A DNA stretch of 64,000 nt, from the NCBI RefSeq assembly GCF_018350175.1, contig NC_058368.1, positions 23,190,001-23,254,000 on the forward strand. Direction: 5' to 3'. Every line of letters starts with the position of its first letter. The stretch's first letter is position 1. This stretch comes from Felis catus (lineage: Eukaryota). A program made the translations under genes and the position numbers. The notes under the pieces are model-generated. The model worked only from the letters and a program-made list of their open reading frames with translations, had not been told where the DNA came from and did no database searches. Positions 39,812 to 54,263 of this stretch are shown here, piece after piece.

Positions 39812-40005
39812 GGGGTGCCTGGGTGGCTCAGTCGGTTGAGTGCCCGACTTCAGCTCAGGTCGTGATCTCACCGTTAGTGGGTTCAAGCCCCACTGAGCTA
39901 ATAGCTCAGAGCCTGAAGATTGCTTCAGATTCTGTCTCCCTCTCTCTCTGCAGCTCCCCATTCACACTGTGTCTGTCTCTTGAAAATAAATAAATGTTTA
40001 AAAAA
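39812..40005 (+). mobile_element. Carnivore SINE
   Basis: TSD aaaagctgtgcttcata at 39795-39811 / 40006-40022. Confidence 0.93.
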
Positions 40006-40349
40006 AAAAGCTGTGCTTCATAGAATTTTAAGAGCAGAAACCCTAGTACATAGCTCAAATACAAATACATCTTAGTTCCCCTATTACTGTAAATAGAATT
40101 GCATCTGTATTGGCTTTCTATGTTTGAGATTACAATGTAATTATTTTGCTGCTTGAAAATTGTTCAACCTAGTGAAATTTATGTTGTCTGACTAGTCTTT
40201 TTATTGCATATTTTGATGACCATTTTTAGAGTATACTTTAATTTCATTGATAATAGTACTTATATCTGCTACATTTTTTTTTAATTGCTTAAACATAAAT
40301 TTATTCTTACATTTAATGAGGTTAGGAGTTTGAAATGGGTCTTAGGTCC

Positions 40350-43300
40350 CATTTGTTTTCTTTTTTTCTTTAATTTTCACCCCTTTCATCCGTTTTTTTC
40401 TCTCCCCCACCCACTGCCTCTGGCAGCTACCAATCTGTTCTATGTATCTATGAGCTTAGGTTTTTGTTTTGTTTTGTTTTTGTTTTTTTTCTAATTTAAT
40501 ATATAAGAGTGTTCATATGGAATGTCTTTCTTTGACTTATTTCACTTAGCCCTTCAGGTCTATTCATGTTGTTGGAAATGGGAAAATTTCATTCTTTTTT
40601 ATGGCTGAGTACACACACACACGTACATGCATATACCATAATTTCTTTACCCATTTATCCATCAATGGATACTTTGATTGTTTCCATATCTTGGTTATTG
40701 TAAATAGTGCTGCAATCAACATGGGGTACATGTATTTTTTCAAGTTAGTGTTTTCTTCAGGTAAATACCCAGAAGTGGAATTGCTGGATCATATAGTAGT
40801 TCTTTCTTTCTTTCTTTTTTTTTTTTTTTGAGATTATTTCATTTTTTAAAATGTTTATTTATTTATTTTTGAGAGAGAGAGAGGAACAAGCAGAGGAATG
40901 AGGGGAAGGAGACACAGAATCTGAAACAGGCTCCGGGCTCTGAGCTGTCAGTACAGAGCTGGACGTCGGGCTCGAATTCATGAGCTGAGAGATCACAACC
41001 TGAGCCAAAGTCAGGTGTTTAACTGACTGAGCCACCCAGGCGCCCCTGGTAGTTCTATTTTTAATTTTTTTGAGGAATGCCTTTACTATTTTCCCTAGTG
41101 GCTGCACCAATTTATATTTCCAACAGTGCATGAGCGTTCCCTTTTCTTCCATCCTCACCAACACTTGTTATTCCTTGTTTTTTTTAATAGCCATTCTAAC
41201 AGGTGTGAGATGATAGCTCATTGTGGTTTTGATTTGCATTTCCCTGATGAATAGTGATTTTGAGCATCTTTTTGTGTGTTTATTGGCCATCTGTATGTCT
41301 TTGAAAAAATGTGTGTTCACATTTTCTGCTTGTTGTTTAACCAGATTCTTTTTCACAATTGAGTTTTGTGAGTTCTTTATGTTTTGGATATTAACTCCTT
41401 ATCAGATATATGGTTTGCAAATATTTTCTCCCATTCAGTAGGTTGCCTTTTTGTTTTGTTAAAGGTTTCCTTTGCTGTGCAGAAGTGTTTCAATTTGATA
41501 TAGTCCTGCTTATTTATTTTTGCTTTTGTTGCTTTTACTTTTCGTGTCACATTAAAAAAAATCATTACCAAGACCTTTGTCAAAGATCTTGTCGCCTATG
41601 TTTTCTTCTAGGAGTTTTATGGTTTTTTAAGTCTTATGTTCACATCTTTAAAGCACTTCAAGTTAATTTTTGTGTATGGTATAAAATAGTGGTTAAGTTT
41701 CATGCTTTTGCACATGAAACTGCCCAGGAAAACCTGCCCAGGTTTTCCAACACCATTTATTGAAGAGACTGTCCTTTCCCCATTGTATATTCTTGGTTTC
41801 TTTTTGATAAATTAACCATATATACATGGATTATTTCTGGCCTCCCAGTTTTGTTCTATTGTTTTATGTGTCTACTTGTATGTCAGTACTATACTATTTT
41901 GATTACTTTAGCTTTGTAATATAGTTTGAAATACGGGAGTGTGATGCCTTCAGCTTTTTTCTTCTTTTCCAAGTTTGCTTTGGCTACTTGGCATTGTTTT
42001 TGTGGTTCCATACAAATTTTAGAATTGTTTTTTCTATTTCTGTGAAAACTGCCATTAGAATTTTGATAGGGGTTGCATTGAATCTTTAGATTGCTATGGA
42101 CATTTTAACTGTATTATAACAGTCCAGAATATCTTTCCATTTGTTTGTGTCTTCTTCAGTTTCTTTAATCAGTGCCTTATAGTTCAGTGTACAGGTCTTT
42201 TACTCGTTGGTTAAATTTATTCGTATGTATTTTGTTCATTTTGAGGCAGTTGTAAATGGGATTTTTAAAAAAATTTCTCTGATAGTTATGAATGTATATA
42301 AATGTAATCAATTTTTGTATTGATTTTATATCCTGCAGCATTAGTGAATTCATTTATTCTAATAATTTTTTTTTAAGTTTATTTATTTTTGAGAGGGAGA
42401 AAGCACAAGTTGGGGAGGGACGGGGTGGGGGGGAGGGGAGGGAGAGAGGGAGACAGAATCTGAAGCAGGCTCTAGGCTCTGAGCTGTCAGCACAGAGCCG
42501 GCCACAGGGCTTGAACTCATGCTTAACTGAGCCACCCAGGTGCCCCTAGTTCTAATAGTTTTTTGATGGAGTCTTTAGGGTTTTCTGTATATAACACTAT
42601 GTTAAATGCAAACAGTGAGAGTTTTACTTCTTCCTTTTTAATTTGGATGCTTTTTATTTCTTTTTCTTGCCTAATTGCTGTGGGTAGAACTATATTGAAT
42701 TAAAGTGGCAAGAGTGGACATCCTTGTCTTGCTGATCTTAGGGCCAAAGCTTTCAAATTTTCACTATTGAATAAGATCTTAACTGTGGGCTTATCATATA
42801 TGGCCTTTATTATGTTGAAATATGTTCCTTCTCTACCTGCTTTGTGGAGTTTTTTACATAATTAGATGCTGAATTTTGCCATATGCTTTTTCTGCATTTT
42901 TTGAGATGATCATATGATTTTTTACCCTTCATTTTGTTAATATCACATTCACTGATTTGTGGATATTTAAGTAGCCTTTGATTCCTGGAATAAATCCTAT
43001 TTGATGTTGGTATATGATTTTTTTTTTTTTTTTATGGTATTGATTCTTTTAATGTGTTGTTGCATGCAGTTTCCTAATATTTTGTTAAGGATGTTTGCAT
43101 GTGTGTTGATCAGGGTTATTACCCTGTAATTTTCTTTCCCTTTGGCATCCTTGTCTGGTTTGGGTATCAGGGTAATTCTGTCCCTGTAAAGTGAACTGCA
43201 AATGTTCTCTTCTATTTTTTTTTTTTTTTTCCAAAGAGTTTGAGAAGGATTGGTATTCTTTTTTTAATGTTGGTAGAATTCACCAATAAAGCCATCTGGT

Positions 43301-44590
43301 CCTAGACTTTAATTTATTGGAAGGTTTTTGATTACTGATTCAATATCCTTACCAGTAATCTGTTCAGATTTTCTGTTTGTTCATGATCTAGTCTTGGTAG
43401 GTTGTATGTTTCTAGGAATTCATTTCTTCTTGGTTGTCTAGTTCGTTGTCATTAATTGCTCATAATAGTCTCTTATCTTTTGCATTTCTGAGTTATCAGT
43501 TGTAATATCTTTTTGTCTGATTTTATTTATTTGAGTCCACTCTTTTTTCTTTTTTTGGTGAGCCTAGCTGAAAGTTTGTCATTTTGAAGAAGCAGCTCTT
43601 ATTTTCATTGATCTTTTCCACTGTTTTTCCTTTATTTCTGTTCTAACCTCATTATTTCCTTCCTTCTACTAACTTTGGGCTTTGTTCTTTCTTAGTTCCT
43701 TGAGGTGCATAGTTAATTTGTTTGAGACTTTTCTTATTTCTTAAAATAGGCATTTATTACTGTGAATTCAAACTGCTCTTTCTGCATCCCATAAATTTTG
43801 GTGTATTTCCATTTTGTTTGTCTCAGTGTATTTTTTTAATTTCTTTTTTGATTTTTTTCTTTGACCCATTGGTAGCATGTTGTTTAATCTCCACGTATTT
43901 GTGAATTTTCCAGTTTCTTTAATTGATTTCTAGTTTCATACCACTGTGTTTGGAAAAGATGCTTGATATGATTTCAGTCCTCTTAAATTATTAAGACTTG
44001 TTTTGTGATTTATCATATCATCTGTCCTGGAGTATGTTCCATGTGCACTTGAGAAAAATATATATTGTTGATTTTGGATGGGATGTCATTCAATATATAT
44101 ATTCATATATATTTAAATATGTATGTATATGTTATATATATATTTAGACCATGATTGAATTTGTTATTTAAGGCTTATGTTTGCTTTTTGATTTTCTGTC
44201 TGGATGATCTATCCACTGATGTAAGTGAGTGTTAAAGTCACCTACTACTATTCTATTACTGTCTCTTTCCCCCTTCGGTCTGTTAAGATTTGCTTTATAT
44301 ATTTAGGTGCTTCTATGTTGGGTGCATAAATATTTACAAATGATATATCATCTTGTTGGATTGACGCCTCTATCATTATTTAACACTCTTGTCTCTTATT
44401 ATAGTCTTTGTTATGAAGTTGATTTTGTCTGAAATAAGTATAGCTACTCTGGCTTTCTTTTGGTTTCTGTTTGTGTGGAATATCTTTTTTCATCCTTTCA
44501 CTTTCACTCTGTTTCCTTCCATCTAAAAGTGAGTCTCTTGCAGCATGCATGAGTCTTGTTTTTTAATTTATTCAGTCACTCCATGTCTTA
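40350..44590 (-). mobile_element. Decayed LINE-1 (ORF2 and 3' UTR), antisense to SUCLA2, containing SINEs at ~40850-41046 and ~42365-42546
   Basis: ORF fragments 41168-41356 and 41377-41583 translate to L1 ORF2 ([31 protein letters not shown]). Confidence 0.92.
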
Positions 44591-45183
44591 GTCCTAGTGT
44601 TTAGGATTCTAGTATAATTAAGATGGAATTTCTGTCCGGTTGAATAAACATGTACAAAGGTTGCCAATTGATGAATGCCAGCCTGGAGGGAGACTTCTAA
44701 TGGCAGACAATAGTGCTTTGCCTTCTTTTTTCTTCTTCCTAGTGTTTTGTTGGATGACTATATAGAAGAATGCTTAAAACGTTTGTGAATAACTGAAGCT
44801 AGCAGGGATAGTGAATATATTTTAAATAAATCTTGGAATCCATAAAAGCTCTTGTCTGACTAGAGCAAAGGGCCAAATCTAATAAAATAAAGACTGTAAG
44901 CTCTCTAAGGGCAGGGTAGGTCCCTTTTGATCATTGTTGTGTCTACAATTCCAACACAGTAACTGGTATATAGATGTAATTTTTAAATGAATTAATGGAA
45001 TTGAATAAAATCTTGTTTCAATCAATTGTCCTCAGATGTCTCTTGTAATCCTTCTCCTTCTCTTGATAATTGATGAAACTGTATTCATTAACTTTTTTTG
45101 GCTTTTCTTTTGTTGTGAAAGGCTTTTATAGAAGGAACTTTTGAAGAATCATCTCTGCCCTTAAGGAATTTACATTCTTATAA

Positions 45184-45263
45184 ATTTTATAAGACAGAAG
45201 GCTCTTCCCCCAAGGAAGAAAGGAAGTTGGCACTTGGGGGAAGAGTCTTCTGTCTTATAAAAT
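45184..45263. repeat. 31-bp inverted repeat with 18-nt spacer
   Basis: Arms 45184-45214 and 45233-45263: 30 Watson-Crick pairs plus one G-T. Confidence 0.95.
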
Positions 45264-45750
45264 ATTTTTGAAAAAGTAGAGCTTTACTACTCAAATAGGT
45301 CAATATTTTAAATCCTCAGTTTAATGTGTGAATATTTGAATTTAGCCCAGCAAAGCATCAGTTTAACTCTTGACCATTTTTACATGATATTTACACTGTT
45401 GGGATTACATTTATCCTCTTTGGATATAAATGAATATTTCTAAAGTACCAGAAAACCAGGACTTGGCAGGTAACCAGAAAAAGGTAAAATGACTAGTAGC
45501 TGCTTCTTTTAGTTTGGGCATGAACTCTGTAATTTGCCTTTGTCCCTGAGGCTACCTGTTGTCTTCCCGTAGGAAAATTATTGTTAGTTTTAAGGAAATT
45601 TCTTAAGTTTTCTCTAGTTTTTTTATCTAATATTAAATTGTTTTCACTTGGGAATGGTGGGGACTGTGGCAGATAGAAAAGGGTCTATCTGTGTAAACAA
45701 GGCACTTCTAATCAGCTTTAGTTGCAGGGCCCAGTATTTCCAGTTCTCAG

Positions 45751-45970
45751 TTTTTTATTTTTTTATTTTTTAAGGTGTATTCATTTTATGAGAGACAGAG
45801 CATGAGCAGGGGAGGGGCAGAGAGAGAGAGGGAGACACAGAATCTGAAGCAGGCTCTAGGCTCTGAGCTGTCAGCACAGAGCCTGATGTGGGGCTTGAAC
45901 TCAAAAATTGTGAGATCATGACCTGAGCCAAAGTCAGTCACTTAACTGACTGAGCCACCAAGGTGCCCCC
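45751..45970 (-). mobile_element. Carnivore SINE
   Basis: Reverse SINE flanked by cagttctcagttttt / cagttttgagttttt. Confidence 0.92.
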
Positions 45971-46027
45971 AGTTTTGAGTTTTTTAAAGAGCAGTGGAAA
46001 ATCTAGATTTTTTACGAATTCGTTCCA

Positions 46028-46077
46028 TTTTTTTTTAATGTTTATTTTTGAGAGAGTATGAGCACAGTTGGGGGAGG

Positions 46078-46123
<46 letters not shown>

Positions 46124-46286
46124 CAGAAACAGGCTCTGTGCTGACAGAGAGAGAGAGAGAGAGGATCAGAAACAGGCTCTGTGCTGACAACCGAGAGCCC
46201 CATGCAGGGCTTGAACTCATGAACTGTGAGATCATGAACCTGAGCTGAAGTTGGATGCTTAACTGACTGAGCCACCCAGGCGCCCC
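46028..46286 (-). mobile_element. Carnivore SINE with (GA)n expansion and internal ~43-bp duplication
   Basis: ggatcagaaacaggctctgtgctgaca occurs twice (near 46120 and 46163). Confidence 0.92.
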
Positions 46287-46621
46287 AAATTTGTTCCATC
46301 TTTAAATGTTCTTTTATTCAACATTCAGAAAATATATGCTAGGAACCCTCCCAGGAGCTTGAGAACATCAATAACCACAACCCAGATTTTGCCCTTCTGG
46401 TCTATATTCTAGTGGGCGAGCAAAACAATAAATGATAAACATGAGAAAATTATGTATTATGTTTGAAGGTGATGAATTCTATGGGGAAAAAAAGGGCAGG
46501 GTAAGGGGGATTGGTCACAGGCAGATCATAGTATTAAGTAGAGTGATCAGGGTAAGCATCATGGACAGTGATATGTAAGAAGAAAAAGCTTGAAGGGAAT
46601 GAGGACCTTTCTCAAGTGGAT

Positions 46622-47102
46622 ATAGGTATCTTCTTATATCTGAAGGTAGAGCATTCTTGTGAAACATTTTGTAAGCCAAAATGGCATAAAGCAAAAGAGC
46701 ACCTACCAACAATTTATATGGAAATGTTTTCAAGCATTCCCAGACCCAACAGATGACCCCTCCTAGGCTTTTCTGATTCCTTAGAACACATCTTGCTAAC
46801 AGAGATGCACAAAATAAGTCAAGATAAAGCACAGACGCTCAGAGACACAGTTCAAAGCTATGGTGGCTTGATGCTGAGGCACTGAATTTAGTTCCTGGGT
46901 AAGGAGCTTGGTGGGGCCACTCTTGCTGTTTGGGGTGCATGCTGCCTCTGTAATGGCTCTGCAAAACAAGCACTGAACATTGTTCTTATAGAAGTGAAAA
47001 TCATTTTCGGATTTCTTTTGGTTAGTGAAAACATACTGATGTAGGTCTTTTGTAAAAGCAAAGTGATGTAATGCGAACTTTTGAAAAACAGGGGATTCTT
47101 GT
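46622..47102. mobile_element. Tigger-like (TcMar) DNA transposon inserted into an L2 remnant (~46310-47500)
   Basis: Imperfect terminal inverted repeats (taggtatcttct... / ...ggggattcttg) flanked by TA; L2-like sequence on both sides. Confidence 0.55.
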
Positions 47103-48614
47103 ACTTGGATGACCAATATTCCAGGTGGCAGGAGCATTAGAGCCAAGTCCTGTAGGCAGGAACATGCCTGGAAACAGCAGAGACTAGTGTTGCTGGAGTG
47201 GAGTGAGCAATGGGGAGGTTATAGGAAGAGTACTGGGAGATTCTATAGGGCCTTTAGGCCATTGTAAGGAGTGTGAATTTTACTCTGAGTAAAAAGGACA
47301 TTGCAAGGTTTTAAATAGAGGAGTGATGTGCTCACTTTGCTGCTTTGAGAATGCTCTGTCAGGGACAAGGGTAATCTAGGTGAGATATAATGGTGGCTGG
47401 GACCAGGATCCAAATGAGGTGATGAGGAGTGGTCAAGATTCTGGATAAATTTTGAAGATAGAATCAGTATGATTTCCTGACTGAATGGATATGGAGTGTG
47501 AGAAAGAGGGTTCTTTTAAATACTGCCTTGACTGACTCAAAGAGCCATCTTCTGGCTTCTAAATGTACACTCATTTACATCATTAATTTTCTAAATATTC
47601 TTTTGTAATAGTTTAAGTGTAAACTTTAAGTCATTTCTTACTGGTTTTATCACAAACTGCATTTGTTACCTCTTTGATTTGGTTGCTTTATCTGATTAGG
47701 TGGGAGTCCCCTCTCATTCTGCATGGTGTGGGCATGGATTGGTAGTTATATCCCAGAGACTGCTTTGGGCTTATAAGGAATAAGGATAAAAGTGTCCCTA
47801 ACCCTGACCTCAAGGCTTATTTTGCCATAATGTAATACTAGTGTTTCACTGCTACTATAGGCAAAATGCTGTAAGAGGGAAAATGAGCAGGTTCTGAAAT
47901 TCTCCCTCATTCTCAGGGAGACTGAGACTGCCCCTCCAAGAGCTATAGCTCTGGATCATGAATGATGAGTGTGGTACCTAGGCTAAACAGCTGGTTTGCT
48001 GATTTCCTTCAGCACTTTAGAAAGAGGAAGATAGAAGAGAAATCAATCTACCTGTTAAGAAAAATTCAGAGTATTTATTTAAAAGATTATTTATTTTTTT
48101 AATGTTATAAACATAACACCCCTGAATCTTTTGATAAATATAATTTAATTCCTGATAATACTCCTCATAATAGTATAGCTCAAGAATGTGTATATTAATA
48201 GGTCTCTCTGTTAGAGGAACAGTGTGGTATCAATATTGGCACTCACCCCTAAAGTCATGGTGTATTTCTGCACGAAGTAGCATTTTTAACTCAAATGTTC
48301 ACAGAATAGCAATTTTACATGTGAATAGAAAGGGAAGGAAATGTTGGGAAGACATTTGAGTCTCAATTTTGTACTTTTAATATCTTCCAAAGCACTGGAT
48401 ACTTAAAGTGTTATAGAAAAGGAAAATTATTTTCAGTGTACTTTAAGGAATGGTGTCATATGAGTGGCTAGTTTAAGTTGTGGATCTTTAGATGATGGAT
48501 GTTTTAATGTTCTAATCTAGAAAATTTATACACGTGGAATACTTCATTTTTTGACACTGTGGGTAAATGAGACTACTACATTTGATAATATCACTTAATA
48601 TGTATGCTTAATAA

Positions 48615-48776
<162 letters not shown>

Positions 48777-48890
48777 TAAGTCATGTTTTTTTAAAGCAAA
48801 ATCATTATTAAAGAAAAAGATACATTGTAAAAATTGCCCGTTATTATTGAACTGATGAAAATGCTGAAATTTAAATATTAAATGAGATAA

Positions 48891-49157
<267 letters not shown>

Positions 49158-52100
49158 TGATTTTATTACATTCAGTTTCAAAAGTTGATTATTGCTATTT
49201 CTATGGGAACGATTAAAAAAGGTATAATCCATAATCTATTTGTATGTGTCATGAGCACAATTTTTATTTTTGTGTCATTAAAAAAAAGCATGGTTAATGC
49301 CATAAAATTTAATATATAATATTGTGGTGATAAAAGCTATAGGCAAAACTTTGCTGAAATAGAATCCACAGGACTTCTAAATTGTTAATGTGCTAAGAGC
49401 AACTTAAATGCTCTCGGATTCATCTCCAGATTCCCTAGACTGAGAAAATAATTTCTAGCAGAGTAAAATCTAATAAAGACAGTTTCTGAACCCATTAAAA
49501 GAATGTGTTTCCATGGCTTCATCTTCTTTTTCAACCTTTTGGTGTTTTTTTACAGTTTGGGGTTTATTTCACTAGCTGATTTGGTATTTGGCAAGTTGAA
49601 GGGTGACATTCACTAGCAAACAATATGATTCTAGGGAGCGATAACCCTAGCTCTGCTCTCCTCTCTTTATGGAACCTAAAATGCTAGCATTTAAGGCACC
49701 CGGGGAAGAAGAAGACCTTTCATAGACCCGTTGCCATGGAGAGAGCATTGATAATCATTTTATACTCTAATTATTTGGCTTTTTGAGTACATTAGTTACA
49801 CTAAATGGGCTGAATCTTTGTGCTGTATACCTTGTTTTTCCAGGCAAGTTGAGTACATATTTGGAAGTCCTAGTAAGGATTTGATGTAAATTACACAATC
49901 ACACAATGAGTAATACAACAAAAATTTTAAGAATAATGCAATTAGTTTTTGTATATAAAACATCTTTTTAAAAAGCTATTTTCCATACTGTGATTTTTTT
50001 TTCTTATAGTTAATTACATGTTCTGGTAATGTTTGAGTGATACTATAAAGTGTCTTTCATAACTTAATTTTTACAAGAAAGTATTTCTTAAGGTATAACA
50101 CTAGATGGTAGTAAAAACCCACTCAGGATATAAGATAAAAGACATTGTTTTATTTGTAAGTAATATGTTTACCATTATAGGTTTCTCTATATGGTAGAAT
50201 TTAGATTTGTAAGTTATTTTAGAAATCTCATGACAATAACCTAATATATTTTACACATTTATAAAAATTACACTTTTATAAATTCAGTTATTTTCATTAC
50301 GTTTTCTTTTCCATTGATGTTTTATATCAACATCTTTCATTTTGTTATTTTGTTTTTACTTTTTGTTATAGAGATAGGAGTCCTATAATGTTGCACATTC
50401 AGAGTACCTCATTTTGATTGGAGTAAATATAGCAAACTGAATATGTATTATTAAAGATCTAAATATAATACACTGACTATATTTTATAAAGATATAGCAT
50501 TGGGGAAAAGAACCAAATTTGAATTCATTTTAAGAACTTGAATTTTTAGAGAATTATTTGAGTCTCATTCAGAAAGATGTTTTCATTTATATTACATAGT
50601 TGTAACAATTCAGATTAAAAATTTGATAGTACCAGTAAAACCATTTGGTCAGATGTTCTTTGATGCTGTCATATTAGACCAGTGTAAGAGTTGGCTGGTG
50701 TTACTTTTTGGGTTATGACAAGCTCTTGTGGGAATCTCTATTAAATAACAAAAAATCAGCTATTTAAACTGAAAAGAGAAGAGCATTTTTGATTGAATTA
50801 AAATTCTGTGTATAGGAGTCAACTGATTATAAAATATTGATTTTGTTCCTTATCTGTTTTTAGGAGTGAGTCATAGGCTCTATTGGTCTTCTTTAGTATG
50901 TGTGAAATCAGGAAGCTTGGGCAGATATATATCATATTTACCAGATTTGGTATGCCAAAAAATCAATTTAAGTAGCTCCTCTGTTTTGGCACTTGTTAAA
51001 AATTAGATTTCTTAGCATTTACCCAGTGCCTGTTGGGTACTTTTGGGCTGAGACAAATCTAATTTAACAAATCACATTTGCAAAATATTTTCATTTATTT
51101 TTCTAGTAAAATATTGGAATCTGCTGTAAATGAATGGCACATTTAACTATGTCAAGTTGTTTTTACTTTCCTTGGAATAGATATAAAATGTGCCACAAGA
51201 ATTCCAAATTTTATTTCGCATACTTATATTGTTTTTAAAAAAGGTCTTTATTTTATTAAGTGACTTATTTAAAATTCAGACCTATTTTAAGGCAAAATTG
51301 TTTTTGTGGTACTAATGAGAAGAGGAATTTAGGTTAAGAAGGAGAAAATAGCATTATTCATTTATTTGAAATTACAGCTATTTGCTAGAATTTAATTATT
51401 CTGAACGTTTATTACTAAAATTTAAAAGTTAAAACCAAATCACTTAAACAAACAGCATTCATTCAGCAGTCACGACCAAATGCAAAACTATAGTCATTAT
51501 TTTAACTGATTTATATTTACTTTTGTAAGCTTTCTTCTGACCAGCTGTCTACAGTTTGGGGGTTTCTTTCTAATTGGTTGGGAATTAGTACAGAGAAGGG
51601 CTGTTCACTTTATTTTATGTTATTATTTCATATGGTTTTTTTTTAGCCTTACCCCCGCCGCCCCCCAACTTACAGCTAACTCTTGGAGACCTAATCATTA
51701 CTTTAATGAGGATTTAATATTATCTTTTTTCCCCCAGACTTTTATGTGGCTTTTTATTTCTCTTATCAGTATATATTAAAGAAAAAGTAAAACTAAAATA
51801 AAATGTTCAAATATTTTAAATGTTTGTTGGTTTCTACCTCTTTTGTTGAAAAAAATTACATTTTAGGGTTATCTATAGTTAAATTTACCTATATTCTACT
51901 TCAGTAGCATGCTGTTAGTTTGGTATTAGTTGAACAAGCTCTTCATAAATGAGTTGTCTTCCCCCTCCCACTTTAGATCTTTGTAAAAGCTCTAGCCTTG
52001 CTAGAGAGGATATGAAGAATACCTTTTCATTTGAAGCTTATAGAAGAACTAAAAATTAGAGTATAATTTCAAACATTTCTCTTTACTTAAGCTTACTACT

Positions 52101-52469
52101 TTTCTTGAGGCTGAGAAGGCACAATTAATTCTTTCATTAAAAATTTGTCTGCTGTATATGTTGTAGTGAGTTCTGACACCAAGTACCCAGAATTGGGCCA
52201 AACCTCACAGGTTAAGGGTATAGTCCTCCACATGCCTGTGTTCTCTTCAGACACCAGCCTCAAGTTTTGGGTTCCTTGGGTTACTCTTAATGCCCACTAG
52301 CTGGCTAGAGATCTACTTTCTGTTTTTAAGAGTTTGACTGTTGTAGATATAGTCAAACCTCATGTAAGTGGAATCATGCAGTATTTGTCTTTTTTGTGAC
52401 TTGTTAATTTTACTTAGTGTAATGTCTTCAAGGTTCATCCATGTTGCAGCATGTGTCAGGATTTCCTTT

Positions 52470-52936
52470 TTAAAATTTTATTTATTTTTATTTTTTATAT
52501 TTTTGAAGTTTATTTTGAAAGAGTACACATGTGGGGCACCTGGGTGGCTCAGTCGGTTGAGTGTCCGACTTCGGCTCAGATCATGATCTCAGTTTGTGAG
52601 TTCGAGCCTCACGTCAGGCTCTGTGCTGACAGTTCAGAGCCTGGATCCTGCTTCGGATTCTGTATTTCCCTCTCTCTCTGCTCTTCCCCTGCTCACATGC
52701 TGTCTCTCTCTCAAAAATAAGTAAAGATTAAAAAAAAAATTAAAAAAAAAAAAAGAAAGAGTACATGTGTGAGTGGGGAAGGGGCAGAGAGAGAGGAGAG
52801 AGAGAATCCCAAGTGGGCTTCATGCTGTCAGTGCCAAGCCTGATGTGGGGCTCAGTCCCATGAACTGCTGAGATCATGACCAGAGCTGAAATCAATAGTC
52901 AGGATACTTAACTGACTGAGCCACCCAGGTGCCTCC
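52470..52936. mobile_element. Plus-strand SINE (52533-52754) nested in a minus-strand SINE
   Basis: Inner TSD gaaagagtacacatgt (52517-52532) / gaaagagtacatgtgt (52755-52770). Confidence 0.9.
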
Positions 52937-53409
52937 CGATTTCTATTTTTTTAAAGGCTGAATGTATTCCATTGTATGTGCATACATATAGTTTTTCTTA
53001 TTTTCTTTATTTTTCATCTCTTGATGGACATTCAGGTTTCTTCATTCTGACTATTGTGAATAATGTTGCAGTTAATGTAGGTATGCAGATGTCTATTGAG
53101 ATACCATTTTCAGTTCCATTGGATATATACCTCAAAGTGGGATTGCTGGATCATATAGTAATATGGTGTTTAATTTTTTGAGGAACCTTGATACTGTTTT
53201 TCACAGTGGTTCTACTATTGTACATTTCTACCAACAGGGCACAGGAGTTCAATTTTTCCACATCCTCACTAAATGCTTTTTTTTTTTTTTTTTGACAGAA
53301 GTTATTCTAACGGGTGTGAAGTAATATCTCACTGTGGTTTTGATTTGCATTTCTTTAATGATTACTGATAATGAGCACCCTTTCATATACTTGTTGGCCA
53401 TTTGTATAT

Positions 53410-54263
53410 TGTTATGAACTGACTGTTTATCCCCCCCACCCCAATTCATATTTTGAAGCCCTAAGCCCTAATGTGATGATATATGGAAGTGAGCCTTTGG
53501 TAATTAGGTTTATGTGAGGTCACGTTGCGACTATGAGGTGGAATGCTGCTATAACAAATAGATAAAAATGCTGAAGTGGCTTTGGAACTGGGTAATGGAT
53601 GGAAGCTGAAAGAGTCTTGAAGTATGTGGTAGAAAAAGCTGGGGTTATTGTGGAGGGACTTTGGAAGGTGATTCTGGTGAGGACTCAGAAAGAAAAGAGC
53701 TATAGAGAAAACCTCCATCTTCTTAGAGAATATATAAATAGTCACGAATAGAATGTTGGTAGAAATATGGGTAGATATAGATATGGAAAGATCATTCTTT
53801 TGCGGTCTCAGACTGAAATGATGAATGATGGAAAAAAGGTGATCCTTCTCACAATTGGCAAAGAACTTGGCTGAATTGTGTTTATGTTCTAGCGTTTTGT
53901 GGAAGGTAGAACTTGGGAGGGATGAATGTTTAGCTGAGGAGATTTTTAAGCATCGTATTGAGGAAGCAGCTTGGTTCCTTCTGACTACTTATAGTAAACT
54001 TTGAGAAGAGAGAAACAAATTGAACAAGGGATTGTTAAGCGAAGCAAGAAGATATCAGAATTTAAAGATTTGGAAAATTCTCAGCCTGCCTAAACTCCAA
54101 AAACTAAGAAAGCTATTTGGAAAAGAATATGAAGGATGTGGCTGAAAAACCATTTGATAAGGAGATTAGTATGAGTATGAACCATGAACTGTGAGAAATA
54201 AATGCCTGTTGTTTAAATCACCCAGTTTACTGTACTTTGTTATGCTACCATAAGCTGATGAAG
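53410..54263 (+). mobile_element. Internally deleted MaLR: LTR 5' part, MLT-int fragment, LTR 3' part
   Basis: tgttatgaactgac start; gtggctttggaactgggtaatgg is typical MaLR internal sequence; actgtgagaaataaatg...gctgatgaaga end; L1 sequence resumes afterwards. Confidence 0.75.
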
